Assembly: GCA_934747385.1 (NCBI GenBank)
Contig: CAKVGK010000003.1
Coordinates: 3,679-67,678 of the forward strand
Source: an uncultured Clostridia bacterium
Lineage (GTDB): Bacteria > Bacillota > Clostridia > Christensenellales > UBA1242
DNA: 64,000 bases
Reading direction: 5' to 3'
Shown: piece after piece, positions 1-9,932 of the stretch
How positions within the stretch are numbered: the first letter of the stretch is position 1
Layout of the letters: every line of letters starts with the position of its first letter
The notes under the pieces: generated by a model
What the model saw: only the letters and a program-made list of their open reading frames with translations
The model's database searches: none
Told to the model about the DNA's origin: nothing
Made by a program: the position numbers and the translations under genes

Positions 1-1296
1 ATTTGCTCTTGCACCAAAAAATTGCATTTCTTTACCAGTTTGAGTGGCAGATACACAACAACAAATTGAGTAATCATCGCCCCAGAATGGCTTCATAACA
101 TCATCGTTTTCATATTGAATAGAACTTGTGTCGATTGAAATTTTAGCAGCATAGTTTTTGAAGTTCACTGGTAGTTTTGATGAATACAAAACTGTTAAAT
201 TTGGCTCAGGAGATGGTCCCATATTTTCTAATGTGTGTAAGAATCTATAGTCGTTTTTAGTAACCATACTTCTTCCGTCCATACCAGTACCACCAACTTC
301 CAAAGTTGCCCAAACTGGGTCTCCACTAAATAATTGGTTGTATGAAGGAATTCTTGCAAACTTAACCATTCTAAATTTCATTACAAGATGGTCAATTAAT
401 TCTTGCGCTTCAGTTTCAGTTAAAGTTCCGTTATTTAAATCTCTTTGAATATAAATATCTAGGAATGTTGAAATTCTACCAACACTCATTGCAGCACCAT
501 TTTGAGTTTTGACGGCAGCCAAGTAACCAAAATATAACCATTGAACAGCTTCTCTTGCGTTACTTGCAGGCCTTGAAATATCAAAACCATAAAATTTAGC
601 CATTTCTTTCATGCCATTTAATGCTTTAATTTGCATTGTGATTTCTTCTCTTAGTCTGATAACATCATCTGTCATTGTGCCATTTCCACAATGTGCAAAA
701 TCTTTTTGCTTTGCTTCAATCAACGCATCAATACCATAAAGTGCCACTCTTCTATAATCACCAACAATTCTACCTCTACCATAAGCATCTGGAAGTCCGG
801 TAATAATATGAGAATGTCTTGCTTTCTTCATTTCTGGAGTGTAAGCATCAAAAACACCTTGGTTATGAGTTTTGCAATATTCTGTAAAAATTTTATGGAA
901 CTTAGGATTTGGATTGAAGCCATAAGTTGTGCAAGCCTCTTCCGCTATTCTAATTCCACCATAAGGCATGAACGCACGCTTTAAAGGTTTATCTGTTTGC
1001 AAACCAACAACTTTTTCCAAATCTTTTAAATTTTCATCAATATAACCTGGACCATAAGCAGTTAACCCTGAAACCACTTCAGTTTCACATTCCAAAACTC
1101 CACCTTTTGCTCTTTCTTGCTTTTGCAATGCTTTTAAGCAATCCCATAATTTGTTTGTGGCTTCAGTTGCTCCAGTTAAGAACGAAGCATCGCCATCATA
1201 AGGAGTGTAGTTTGTTTGAATGAAATCTCTAACATTTATATCTTTCTTCCAAATGTCACCATCGAACCCCTGCCATTCTTTAAATTCTTCCATCAT
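1..1296 (-). CDS. pflB: Formate C-acetyltransferase (pyruvate formate-lyase), N-terminal 432 codons; C-terminus lies beyond the left window edge
   Basis: My own minus-strand translation from ATG 1296 (AAGGAGAA SD upstream) stays open to position 1: [36 protein letters not shown]...[25 protein letters not shown]. It includes the adjacent-cysteine CCVS active-site region typical of PFL. It is absent from the ORF track because it is truncated. Confidence 0.9.
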   Translation of the reverse strand, partial: MMEEFKEWQGFDGDIWKKDINVRDFIQTNYTPYDGDASFLTGATEATNKLWDCLKALQKQERAKGGVLECETEVVSGLTAYGPGYIDENLKDLEKVVGLQTDKPLKRAFMPYGGIRIAEEACTTYGFNPNPKFHKIFTEYCKTHNQGVFDAYTPEMKKARHSHIITGLPDAYGRGRIVGDYRRVALYGIDALIEAKQKDFAHCGNGTMTDDVIRLREEITMQIKALNGMKEMAKFYGFDISRPASNAREAVQWLYFGYLAAVKTQNGAAMSVGRISTFLDIYIQRDLNNGTLTETEAQELIDHLVMKFRMVKFARIPSYNQLFSGDPVWATLEVGGTGMDGRSMVTKNDYRFLHTLENMGPSPEPNLTVLYSSKLPVNFKNYAAKISIDTSSIQYENDDVMKPFWGDDYSICCCVSATQTGKEMQFFGARAN

Positions 1297-1930
1297 TTTC
1301 TCCTTAAAAATTCTATCGTAACAGTAACCAATCTATAAATTTAAAAAAATTAGAACTCTATAAAAGCCTAATTTTATTGTTTTATTTATAAAACAAAACC
1401 TTAAAATTTTTATAAATTTAGATTGTTTGATTGTTCTTCCAACTACGGAATGATATTAGCAAAAATTGAACTTAAAGTCAAGATTTTTTCCCTTAAAAAA
1501 ATTTAGACTTACAAACCTTTTTATAAAGCCTAAATTTTAAATTTTGTTGTGTTGTTTTTTGCCAACAACACACCATTAACGCATTCAAATATTAATTCAA
1601 ATTTACTTCATTTTCCCTTTATCTTCTCCCAAGGAAATCCATCTCTTCCAAAATGGTCAAAACTCGCCATTTCAGGGTTGTTTTAATCAAATTTTTGTGT
1701 TTTTTAGGGTTTACTGCTCTCATTTGTTCCATTGTCTAATTTTTGCTATGGTTAGGTTTTTGCAAGTTTTTGATAATCAAAATTATCCGCATTCAGATTT
1801 AAAGCATAAAAATGCACATCAACTGCTAAAAATAAACCATTAAAAATAAATGTTACAATCTTTATGACATTTGTCTAGTTCTTCTTTGTTTAAAGAAAAA
1901 ATATTTGATATTACTAAGTTGAATTGTAAT

Positions 1931-2959
1931 CTATTGGCGGAGTTCATCAAGAGCATAAACTTTTGTGATTGCTTTTTCAATTTCATTAACCGCTTTAACT
2001 GGTTCAATTTGACCATCGATTATACTTTGATAAGTTTCAAGCAAATATGCTCTCAATTGCATTGCGTCGCTAACCTGATTATTGTAATTTATCATGCGTT
2101 TGATTAATCCTGTTACCGCTTGTTTGCCTTCAATTGAAACAAAAGGCAATTTTGGATTTGGTGTATTTTGCTTAACAACCTCAATGCCGTATGTTAAGTT
2201 GTGACTATTGTTATCGTACATTGTGGCGTCGTAGTCACCCAACAAGGGCAAGCGTCTTGCAGTTGTTGGAATGCATTGCATAGCATCCAAATAATTTTCC
2301 ATTTCTGCCAAACTTGCGCACATAAGTGAACCGCGCAAAGTGTCGTTTTTTGAACCAACACACATGCCACCCAAACCGCCATAAACATTTTTGGCAGCCG
2401 CGCAAATTTCAACACCTTTAACGTCGTGCAAAGGGAACAATTTGTAATTTTCATTGCTCAAAACCTTGCTTGCTTTTTTGGCACGTTCACTGTCGTAACC
2501 TGCCACAACCATGTGAGTTTTTTCGCCTTTAACAATTGATTGTGGGTGCCCTGGACCTGCAAGCACGCAAATGTTTTCTTTAATAACGCCATTGTCACGC
2601 AAAACCTCGCTTAAAGTTCTGCCTGTGGTTTGTTCAATCCCTTTCATTGCAAGAATGTAATGTTTGTTTTCATAGCCTTTCACTTTTTTGACGTCTTGCA
2701 TAAGTTCGTCCACACTTTGGCTTAAAATTGAAATGATAACATATTCACCAAAGTTTAAAACCTTTTCCAAATCGTGTGTAAAATTTAACTTTTCATAATT
2801 GGTTAAATCTACATAATTGTTCTTCTTTGTTTTGAAAAAATCACTTTCAATTTTACCTTCAAAAATTTTTTCCCATGCAAGCACATTATGCCCATTTTGC
2901 GCGCAAAGCCACGCCATTGTTGACGCCCAGCGCCCTGTTCCAATAATACCGATTTTCAT
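1931..2959 (-). CDS. NAD(P)H-dependent glycerol-3-phosphate dehydrogenase (GpsA)-like oxidoreductase
   Basis: 342-aa ORF with an AGGAGA SD. N-terminal Rossmann segment MKIGIIGTGRWAS. The AGPGHPQSIV and AAKNVYGGLGG segments resemble the GpsA N- and C-terminal domains, but the match is divergent. Confidence 0.6.
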   Translation of the reverse strand: MKIGIIGTGRWASTMAWLCAQNGHNVLAWEKIFEGKIESDFFKTKKNNYVDLTNYEKLNFTHDLEKVLNFGEYVIISILSQSVDELMQDVKKVKGYENKHYILAMKGIEQTTGRTLSEVLRDNGVIKENICVLAGPGHPQSIVKGEKTHMVVAGYDSERAKKASKVLSNENYKLFPLHDVKGVEICAAAKNVYGGLGGMCVGSKNDTLRGSLMCASLAEMENYLDAMQCIPTTARRLPLLGDYDATMYDNNSHNLTYGIEVVKQNTPNPKLPFVSIEGKQAVTGLIKRMINYNNQVSDAMQLRAYLLETYQSIIDGQIEPVKAVNEIEKAITKVYALDELRQ

Positions 2960-3068
2960 GCTATCTCCTAATAAAAGTTATTGTATTTAGCATTATATAA
3001 AAGTAAACAAAAAAAGTCAATAAATTTTGCCTTTGCCGCTAATATCTCATTGACCTTTGCTTTAATTT

Positions 3069-3344
3069 TTATTTTTTGTGGCATTTTTGCCTTGGTTTTG
3101 TGCATTTGCATAATGAAATAAATTCACAAATGTTTTTTCGCCTTTTGTTTGTATTTTTTGCAATGCATCGCCAATTTTGTGGATGATTAATTGTGCAACC
3201 TTTTGGCATGTAACCCTTGCATTTATGTGGTTTGATTTTGGGTTTGTTTACCTTTAATTCCACCAAAAATTCATTGCTCTTATAGTATACAAGTGTTCCT
3301 GCTTTTTTGCATTCTATTATCGATTGAAAAACCAATTTTGCCAT
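3069..3344 (-). CDS. Small basic cysteine-rich protein (8 Cys, Lys/Arg-rich C-terminal half), unknown function
   Basis: 91-aa ORF. Its ATG overlaps the stop of the upstream gene (TAATG), and a GAGGG SD lies 7 nt upstream. Composition: C12, C42, C50, C60, C73, C79, C81, C88. Confidence 0.5.
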   Translation of the reverse strand: MAKLVFQSIIECKKAGTLVYYKSNEFLVELKVNKPKIKPHKCKGYMPKGCTINHPQNWRCIAKNTNKRRKNICEFISLCKCTKPRQKCHKK

Positions 3345-4111
3345 TAATTTACCCTCACTTTAAACTCAATTTCAATTTGTTCGTTTGGTTGCAAATCTTT
3401 AAGCATAATACCAAGCACAGGGTTCAAATCTGGTTGTGGCTCGCCATTAATTTTTACGCTACTTTCCTCAAACGAACTGCCAGAAGGAAGATTGTCTGTG
3501 AACACAACTTCAGTGTGAGGAATGTAGCTGTTGTTTTTGATAATATTTTTAAATGTTAAAACCTCGCCAGAGCTAACAACCGATTTGTTTGCTAATTTTT
3601 CAATAGAAATGCCTGCTAAGTTTGGAGTTAACATAATCGGTTGCAACCTTTCAACCAAATTTTTAACTTCGTTAACTGAATATTTTACATATGAATTTAG
3701 TTCTATTGGTGTTCTGCCTAATTGGCTTTCAGCAATGATTGAATATTGAACTTTAACAAAAGTATTTTTCTTAATTGAGAATGGCAAATCAAATCCAAGT
3801 GTTGGATTTATATTTTTGTTTTCAACTCCATTAATAAGCAAACTGCCAAGTTTGAAATGAGCCCCGCTGCCAATTGTTTCTAAAATGTTTACGTCAAAAA
3901 TATCAAATATGGAGGAGTTGTTTAAAATTAAAGTTATATCAACCTTTTCGTTTGGCTCAATTATGTATTTTGAAGCAGTTTTTGTTTTTAAAAACGAACT
4001 GCTCATATTTTCTGTTAAACTTTGGTTGCTGAATGCTTGCGAGGGTTTGGTTGTTTTGTCTGGCAAAATAAACTTTGAACTAACCGATGAGGTATTTACT
4101 ATTTTCGACAT
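3344..4111 (-). CDS. Protein with two DUF11-like (conserved repeat domain) beta-sandwich modules
   Basis: 255-aa ORF with a GGGAGAA SD. The C-terminal module is ...GEVLTFKNIIKNNSYIPHTEVVFTDNLPSGSSFEESSVKINGEPQP...IEIEFKVRVN, and an earlier paralogous module is also present. Both match the DUF11/TIGR01451 pattern from memory. Confidence 0.55.
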   Translation of the reverse strand: MSKIVNTSSVSSKFILPDKTTKPSQAFSNQSLTENMSSSFLKTKTASKYIIEPNEKVDITLILNNSSIFDIFDVNILETIGSGAHFKLGSLLINGVENKNINPTLGFDLPFSIKKNTFVKVQYSIIAESQLGRTPIELNSYVKYSVNEVKNLVERLQPIMLTPNLAGISIEKLANKSVVSSGEVLTFKNIIKNNSYIPHTEVVFTDNLPSGSSFEESSVKINGEPQPDLNPVLGIMLKDLQPNEQIEIEFKVRVN

Positions 4112-4247
4112 GCTTTTCTCCCAAAAATGTATACAAAAAAGAAAGTATCTATTTCATTTTATGATTTTAACCTATCGAGTGTTTACGAAATTAACAAGAT
4201 TATGAAAAATTTTATATTATGTTTTAATCTAAAATTAGGAGATTTTT

Positions 4248-5216
4248 ATGAAGAAAAATATGACATTTGGCAAATGTTTTTCAAATTTATGCCGCAGCAG
4301 TTGTGAACCTAAAAAATTTTGTTTTATTTGCCCCACTCACCCTGTTGAAATTTTAAGGACGGGTCCAACTGGTGCAACCGGCCCAACTGGGCCAACTGGA
4401 CCTGCAGGGGTTTCAATTGAAGCACGCAGCACCACAACTGTGGACGAAGGCAAACAGGCTTATGTAAAGTCTTCAAACTTTGGGAATAAGACAATGCTAG
4501 ATTTTTTCATTCCAAAAGGCGACACTGGCGACAAAGGCGAAAAGGGTGATAAAGGCGACCAAGGCATTCAGGGAGAGCGTGGAGATAAGGGTGCCCGTGG
4601 TGAAAGAGGAGAAATAGGACCTGTTGGACCAACCGGTCCACAAGGTGAGAAAGGTGCCGCTGGTGAACCTGGTGCGAAAGGTGAACGTGGCGACCAAGGG
4701 CCCGCTGGACCATTAAACATTCCTGCTGCTATGATAATTTCTTACAACAACGACCCAAACAACTTCCCTGTTGAAGGCATGGAAATTGCTTCCAACGCAA
4801 GGTTGCCACTCATGAGGTTGGAACTTGATAATGGGGGAATTTTAACCCTTGACAGCAACGACAACACTTTGCAATTCAATCAAACAGGCACATACTATGT
4901 TTCTTTCACAACAAATGCCTATGTAAAAAGAAACGATCAGCAATTTGATCCGTCAACCGATTTTGTTTCAATTGCTTTTAGGGAAATTAACAGCGACAAC
5001 ATTATTGCTGCAGCAAACCACTGGCCATCCAACGAATGTGCGGCCAATATGAGTGGTCAAGGGCTTTTCACCGTTCCAGACATAGCAACCGCATATGAAT
5101 TAATTAACACCCAACAAAAAAGCATTTACATTAACGGCTGCAATGTAACAAAAACAATATCTCATTCTTACTTCTCTGTGCCAATGGTGAGTTTGGTTAT
5201 AATGAAAATAAAATAA
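4248..5216 (+). CDS. Collagen-like triple-helix repeat protein with a globular C-terminal domain (BclA-like architecture)
   Basis: 322-aa ORF with an AGGAG SD. It has two G-X-Y tracts (GPTGATGPTGPTGPAG and about 21 triplets GDTGDKGEKGDKGDQGIQGERGDKGARGERGEIGPVGPTGPQGEKGAAGEPGAKGERGDQGPAGP). A ~165-aa non-collagenous C-terminal domain follows. Confidence 0.85.
   Translation: MKKNMTFGKCFSNLCRSSCEPKKFCFICPTHPVEILRTGPTGATGPTGPTGPAGVSIEARSTTTVDEGKQAYVKSSNFGNKTMLDFFIPKGDTGDKGEKGDKGDQGIQGERGDKGARGERGEIGPVGPTGPQGEKGAAGEPGAKGERGDQGPAGPLNIPAAMIISYNNDPNNFPVEGMEIASNARLPLMRLELDNGGILTLDSNDNTLQFNQTGTYYVSFTTNAYVKRNDQQFDPSTDFVSIAFREINSDNIIAAANHWPSNECAANMSGQGLFTVPDIATAYELINTQQKSIYINGCNVTKTISHSYFSVPMVSLVIMKIK
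4362..4409 (+). repeat. Short G-P-T collagen triplet tract (coding repeat)
   Basis: GGNCCAACT-type triplet repeats encoding GPTGATGPTGPTGPAG. Confidence 0.85.
4518..4712 (+). repeat. Long G-X-Y collagen triplet tract (about 21 triplets, coding repeat)
   Basis: Uninterrupted Gly at every third residue, from G91 to P155 of the ORF. This is also the only strongly GC-enriched stretch in the area. Confidence 0.9.
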
Positions 5217-5240
5217 AATAAAATTGAAATTCACTCAGAA

Positions 5241-5267
5241 AAAAAGTCAGGCAATCCTGACTTTTTT
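5241..5267. terminator. Bidirectional intrinsic terminator between convergent genes
   Basis: AAAAA-GTCAGG-caat-CCTGAC-TTTTTT. An A-run and a T-run flank a 6-bp GC-containing stem. Confidence 0.75.
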
Positions 5268-5268
5268 A

Positions 5269-5826
5269 TTATTTATTTGTTTCCTCTTTAATTTTTTCTT
5301 GTTCTGGCTCAGTTTGTTGTTCTTTTTCATTTTGAAGTTCTGCACCATAAGCAAACACAAACGAAAGAAGCAAATACACAACGCCAACAATCAAATTACC
5401 TGTGGTAAATGTATCTTCCACGGCAACACGGAAACACAAAGAAACAATTCCAACCACAATCGCTGAACTTAAAATCAAGATGATGTACAGCCAGCCAATA
5501 ACGCGAGATTTTTTAACAATCTCTTTGTCAAATGGTGTGCCGATTGCCAATTCTATTTTATAAAAGCGCACAACGCATGCATAAAGTGCAATCATAAAGC
5601 CCGATTCAATCATGCCGCAAACGCAAATACAAATTGCCTTTTTAACGTCATAAGTTTCGCCAAAATCCCCCACCATTTTTATAATTTGTGGGTCTTTGCC
5701 CAGAACGGCAACAATAGGTATGCTGATTGCACACAATGCACATGCAACGATTGATGCCACAAAAGCAATCATGGACAAAATTTTCATAACCTTTGCAATT
5801 ATTTGAACATTTTTTAAACTTTTCAT
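5269..5826 (-). CDS. Multi-pass membrane protein, unknown function
   Basis: 185-aa ORF with a GAGGAA SD, about 4 hydrophobic segments and an acidic C-terminal tail (EKEQQTEPEQEKIKEE). Confidence 0.55.
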   Translation of the reverse strand: MKSLKNVQIIAKVMKILSMIAFVASIVACALCAISIPIVAVLGKDPQIIKMVGDFGETYDVKKAICICVCGMIESGFMIALYACVVRFYKIELAIGTPFDKEIVKKSRVIGWLYIILILSSAIVVGIVSLCFRVAVEDTFTTGNLIVGVVYLLLSFVFAYGAELQNEKEQQTEPEQEKIKEETNK

Positions 5827-5905
5827 ATCGTTCCTCTATAACTAGAATAATACAATTAAAAACAAAAAATGTCCAGCAGATTGAATCTAAATGCAAATTA
5901 ATTTT

Positions 5906-6679
5906 TTAGCCTAAAGCCACATCTAAAATCATCATAATTAAAAATCCAATTGCAAACGAAACCGCTGCCAAATTATTGCTTTCTTCCGTTTGAGTTGATG
6001 GCATTAAATTTTTAACAACAACAAACAATGTTGCACCTCCAGCAAAAGCAAGTACATATGGCAAGATAATTGAAAGCCAACTTGTTAAAAAGAAAGCAAC
6101 AACACCGCTAATTAATTCTAGTAAGCCAGACAAAACACCAAACAAAAATGATTTTGTTTTCGAATAACCATCCATATAAAGTGGTGTTGAAACTATTGCG
6201 CCATCTGGTATGTTTTGAATTGCAATGCCAATTGCTAAGGTTAAAGCAGAAAGAATTGAAATGCTTGATTGCCCATAATAAGCCCCAGCAAGAGCAACAC
6301 CAACTGCCATGCCTTCTGGAATATTGTGGATTGTGATTGCAAGCATCATCATTGACGTGCGCTTGCTTAAAACCTTTTGCTTAGTTGATGAATTTTTTTC
6401 AAGATTGTTGGAAATTTTGTCAACAACAAGCAAGAACACAATTCCAAGCGAAAAGCCAATTGTTGCTGGCAAAATTGCTAAGTTATTGTACTTTTGCGAA
6501 AATTCCAACGCTGGCACTAAAAGCGACCATATTGAAGCCGCCACCATCACCCCGCCAGCAAAGCCGATTAAAATCTGTTCAAATTTGCTGCTTAGTTTGT
6601 CTTTTAAGAAAAACACGAACGCAGCACCAACACAAGTGCCTAAAAATGGCACAAAAAAGCCCAAAAATATTTGTGGCAT
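5906..6679 (-). CDS. ZIP-family divalent metal (zinc) transporter
   Basis: 257-aa polytopic ORF with an AGGAGG SD. The HNIPEGMAVG and IQNIPDG motifs are characteristic of ZupT/ZIP permeases. Confidence 0.85.
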   Translation of the reverse strand: MPQIFLGFFVPFLGTCVGAAFVFFLKDKLSSKFEQILIGFAGGVMVAASIWSLLVPALEFSQKYNNLAILPATIGFSLGIVFLLVVDKISNNLEKNSSTKQKVLSKRTSMMMLAITIHNIPEGMAVGVALAGAYYGQSSISILSALTLAIGIAIQNIPDGAIVSTPLYMDGYSKTKSFLFGVLSGLLELISGVVAFFLTSWLSIILPYVLAFAGGATLFVVVKNLMPSTQTEESNNLAAVSFAIGFLIMMILDVALG

Positions 6680-6782
6680 AATCCTCCTTTGTTTGTGCCA
6701 AACATTGACACCTTACTAATAGATTATGCATTTTGGGCAATATGTGTAATTGGTATTGAGTTTAATTTTTGCACTTAGCGGC

Positions 6783-7289
6783 TTACTTGTTCATTGGTCT
6801 GCCGCAATATGGGCAAAGCATTTTTTGACCTTCAACAACCTCAACTGGTGCGCCACAGCCTGGGCAAACAACGGTTGAAGTATTTTTTGTTATTCTCTCC
6901 GCCTCAGTTTTTGTTATAACTTTGTTTGAAGTTTTAACAACAAATTTATCATCAACAATTTCGTAACCAGACAAATATCTGTTGTTAATAAGTTCATTGA
7001 CTTTTGCAATTATTTGAGCATTGTCAACATTGTTAATTTTTGCCAAAGCGCCTATCTCTTGAATGTTCTCTTTAACAATTAAATTGCAAAGTTTTTTTTG
7101 TGAATTTAAGTTTGCAAACTTTAACCACAAAAGAGGCATACCATAAAAGCCAACCGCTGTTAAAATTATGCCAGATATTAAACCAATTGGGTATTTGTTC
7201 GCCACACATATCAAAACAATACCAACAGGAAAGCCAATTGTTAAAATAAGTGAAAACATAAAACATATTGTTATTTTTTTATTTATCAT
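6783..7289 (-). CDS. Membrane protein with C-terminal zinc-ribbon (CPGC...CPYC)
   Basis: ORF-track entry is 6783..7328. I prefer ATG 7289 (MINKKITICFMF...), which is preceded by AAAGGAAAAA and lies just after the upstream stop at 7312. Two TM segments; C-terminal VVCPGCGAPVEVVEGQKMLCPYCGRP. Confidence 0.55.
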   Translation of the reverse strand: MINKKITICFMFSLILTIGFPVGIVLICVANKYPIGLISGIILTAVGFYGMPLLWLKFANLNSQKKLCNLIVKENIQEIGALAKINNVDNAQIIAKVNELINNRYLSGYEIVDDKFVVKTSNKVITKTEAERITKNTSTVVCPGCGAPVEVVEGQKMLCPYCGRPMNK

Positions 7290-7311
7290 ATTTTTTCCTT
7301 TCTTAATTTTA

Positions 7312-8184
7312 CTATGGTTTGACAACAAAATAATTTATGCCATCAACCTGCTTGAACGTATAATCATTCACACCCAAGTTTTTCAAACTATATACAAATC
7401 CATTAACGCTTTCGTTGCCAATTAACAAATCCGCAAACTGCTGACCAACCATCAAATTTAAGTCTTCAACACTACCTGTTTTTGCAACCATGTTTAAAAC
7501 CTTAACAATGTTTGCGGTTTGGGCTTGGTCAAGGTTGTTTATAGTCATAGATTTGCTTGAAACAGTGTAATTAAATGCTCCGACATTTTTTGTTATTTTT
7601 GTTGTTGATGAAATGTACAAAGTTTTTGGAACATATTTTTTAAACATACTGAAAGGGAAATTATTCATTTTTTCTTGCAAAAAGCTGAAATCTGCTTTCA
7701 CAACAATGTTAACTTCCACGTCGCCTGTTTCATTGTCTATGTTATCAAACTTGATTTGCACAAGTTCAACATTGACGTCTTCACCATTTATATTCAAATG
7801 AATGCCGCCATTTTCTTTTATTATTGTGTCTGCAATTGCAGCAAGTTGCTTGTCTGGCAGCAACAATTCTGCAGATATGCTTGAAGTCAAGCCCTCTTTA
7901 TTGATTTTGTAGCCATCTTCTTCAGTATATTCAATTAAATTTTCAATTTTAGCGTTAACATTGACTTTTGCCTCCCCCATGTCGTCAGCAGAAAATTTGG
8001 AAGTATATTTGGCATCTTCGTCAACTGGCTTTGCCATCAATTTAACTTGGGCATATGTTTCAAACAGGTTTATGTCGTATTTCTTGTTAATGTATATGCA
8101 AGCAATTGACAAAGAAAGTGCAATACTCAACAGAATGCCAACAATCCACAAAAACAATTTAAGCAAAAATGGTGTTCTTTTCAT
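7312..8184 (-). CDS. N-terminally membrane-anchored hypothetical protein
   Basis: 290-aa ORF with a GAGGAAAA SD. A single N-terminal TM segment (FLLKLFLWIVGILLSIALSLSIACIYI) is followed by a soluble domain. Confidence 0.55.
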   Translation of the reverse strand: MKRTPFLLKLFLWIVGILLSIALSLSIACIYINKKYDINLFETYAQVKLMAKPVDEDAKYTSKFSADDMGEAKVNVNAKIENLIEYTEEDGYKINKEGLTSSISAELLLPDKQLAAIADTIIKENGGIHLNINGEDVNVELVQIKFDNIDNETGDVEVNIVVKADFSFLQEKMNNFPFSMFKKYVPKTLYISSTTKITKNVGAFNYTVSSKSMTINNLDQAQTANIVKVLNMVAKTGSVEDLNLMVGQQFADLLIGNESVNGFVYSLKNLGVNDYTFKQVDGINYFVVKP

Positions 8185-8294
8185 AATCTTTTCCTCATAC
8201 TAAAGGTTAACATATTTTTTAGCATTTGTAAAATGTTTTGAGTTTCTCTGGTGACATAATTGACAAAACCTCATTTTAATTATACACTGATTTT

Positions 8295-8624
8295 ATGAAA
8301 ATTTTTACTAAAAATGACAATGGTTTTGTTTGTGCTTTTTGTGGAAAACAGGTTCAGCCATTGGGATACACATCAAGGGACCACTGTCCAAATTGTTTAG
8401 CAAGTTTGCACGTGGACATTAATCCAGGTGATCGCTCCAACAGTTGCGGCGGAATCATGTTTCCTACCGACATTGAAATTGACAGCAAAAAGGGTTACAA
8501 AATAAAATACAAATGTTCAAAATGTGGCAAAACTCACAACAATAAGTCAGCAACTGATGATAATTTTAAAACCATTTTATCTGTTATGAATCACACTTAC
8601 GATAAAAATAAATTCAAGCAATAA
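8295..8624 (+). CDS. RNHCP-domain zinc-binding protein
   Basis: 109-aa ORF. FVCAFCGKQVQPLGYTSRDHCPNCLASLHVD...CSKCGK matches the RNHCP-domain pattern (here RDHCP). Confidence 0.7.
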   Translation: MKIFTKNDNGFVCAFCGKQVQPLGYTSRDHCPNCLASLHVDINPGDRSNSCGGIMFPTDIEIDSKKGYKIKYKCSKCGKTHNNKSATDDNFKTILSVMNHTYDKNKFKQ

Positions 8625-8832
8625 AATGTTTAAAATTAAAAAAATTAATATTTAATTGGTTAATTATTTTCATTAATATAAAAATAAATTAATTAGTAAA
8701 AAATTAATGAAAAATCCAAAAAAATTCAATAAAAATTAAAAAAAGGTGATTTTTTCATCTTTTTTTATAAATTTTGATAATTTTAATAAATATTTTTAAT
8801 TTTTCACAATTTGATTTTGTATAATTTAAATA

Positions 8833-9750
8833 TTATTTTAGACCAAATTTTTCCCTAACTCCAAGCCTATCAACCGCATAGCCAATAGCCAGCGCTTTTG
8901 GACCAGTGTGGCATGCAACAAACAATGGCAAAGAATCCATTGTAAAGAATGGCATATCTTTAAATTGCTCTTCAACTTCTTGCTTAAAAGCAAACAAATC
9001 TTCATCGTTCAAATTTTGGAAAGTGTGAGCAATGCTGATTGTGAGCAAACCCTGTTTAAGTTCTTCAGCAAACCTATCTTCCACTTCTTTGCGTGCGGCT
9101 TGAACTATTTTTGCTTTTGCTTGACGCATTGACATAACCTTTGCATAAGCATCTAATTTTCCGCCATGCACTTGCAAAATTGGCTTAATGTTCAAAATTG
9201 AACCAATCATGGCCGCAGCAGGAGTTATCCTTCCACCCTTTTTCAAAAATTTGAGAGTATCAACTGCGATATATGCGCCTGCTTCTGCGCGATGGTCTTC
9301 CAAATACTTTTTAATTTCGCTTGCGGTTTTGCCTTGTTCAATTAAAATGCTGGCTTCATACATGCTGAATTTGTTCATATAAGAAACACGTTGTGTGTTG
9401 GCAACAAAAACTTTGCCTTCAAACTCTTCCAAATGGCTGGCATTCAATGCTGTGTTGCAGCCTTCGCTCAAACCGCTTGACAAACAAACGTAAACAACTT
9501 CATCAAATTGTTTCAAAGCCTCGCGCCATGCATCTTTAACCACTTCAATATTTGGTTGTGAAGTGCTTAGTTGAGTTGTTCTCTCATTCAAAAACGCAAA
9601 AAACTCTTCCCTTGAAAGATTCTCCCCTTCTTCATAAATGTTTCCATTGATAATGTATGGCGTGTGAATAAATTTAAAAACATTTGCCTTCTTCAATTCT
9701 TCCACCGTCATTGCACCAGAGTCGTCAACAATCAATGCTACTTTAGCCAT
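8833..9750 (-). CDS. DegV-family fatty-acid-binding protein
   Basis: 305-aa ORF with an AAGGAG SD. VALIVDDSGAMT at the N-terminus and LKKGGRITPAAAMIGSILNIKPIL are typical DegV segments. Confidence 0.85.
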   Translation of the reverse strand: MAKVALIVDDSGAMTVEELKKANVFKFIHTPYIINGNIYEEGENLSREEFFAFLNERTTQLSTSQPNIEVVKDAWREALKQFDEVVYVCLSSGLSEGCNTALNASHLEEFEGKVFVANTQRVSYMNKFSMYEASILIEQGKTASEIKKYLEDHRAEAGAYIAVDTLKFLKKGGRITPAAAMIGSILNIKPILQVHGGKLDAYAKVMSMRQAKAKIVQAARKEVEDRFAEELKQGLLTISIAHTFQNLNDEDLFAFKQEVEEQFKDMPFFTMDSLPLFVACHTGPKALAIGYAVDRLGVREKFGLK

Positions 9751-9932
9751 AAGGTACTCCTTAAAATATTGTTTAAATTATTATAGTAAATTATTAGGTT
9801 ATTGACAAATAAAAACGAACAAGTTTTTAAAATTTTTATATTAGTTTTTCTTTCATCTTTCTAAAAATTTATAGTTAAAAACAGAAAAATTGCAAAAAAT
9901 ATATCATTTTTAATTAAAAATCATACTTGAAA

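Noticed and set aside
1297-1930. ZTP (pfl-motif) riboswitch upstream of pflB
   Set aside because: The minus strand has a partial UGGCGA...CCAUUUUGG...CCUUGGG resemblance. However, there is no downstream CCGCC pseudoknot partner, and the GC-rich conserved core is absent.
8260-8294. Leaderless-type promoter for the RNHCP gene (TTGACA 8260-8265, TATACA 8281-8286)
   Set aside because: The spacer is only 15 nt and the -10 box is weak. It was not counted among the leaderless candidates.
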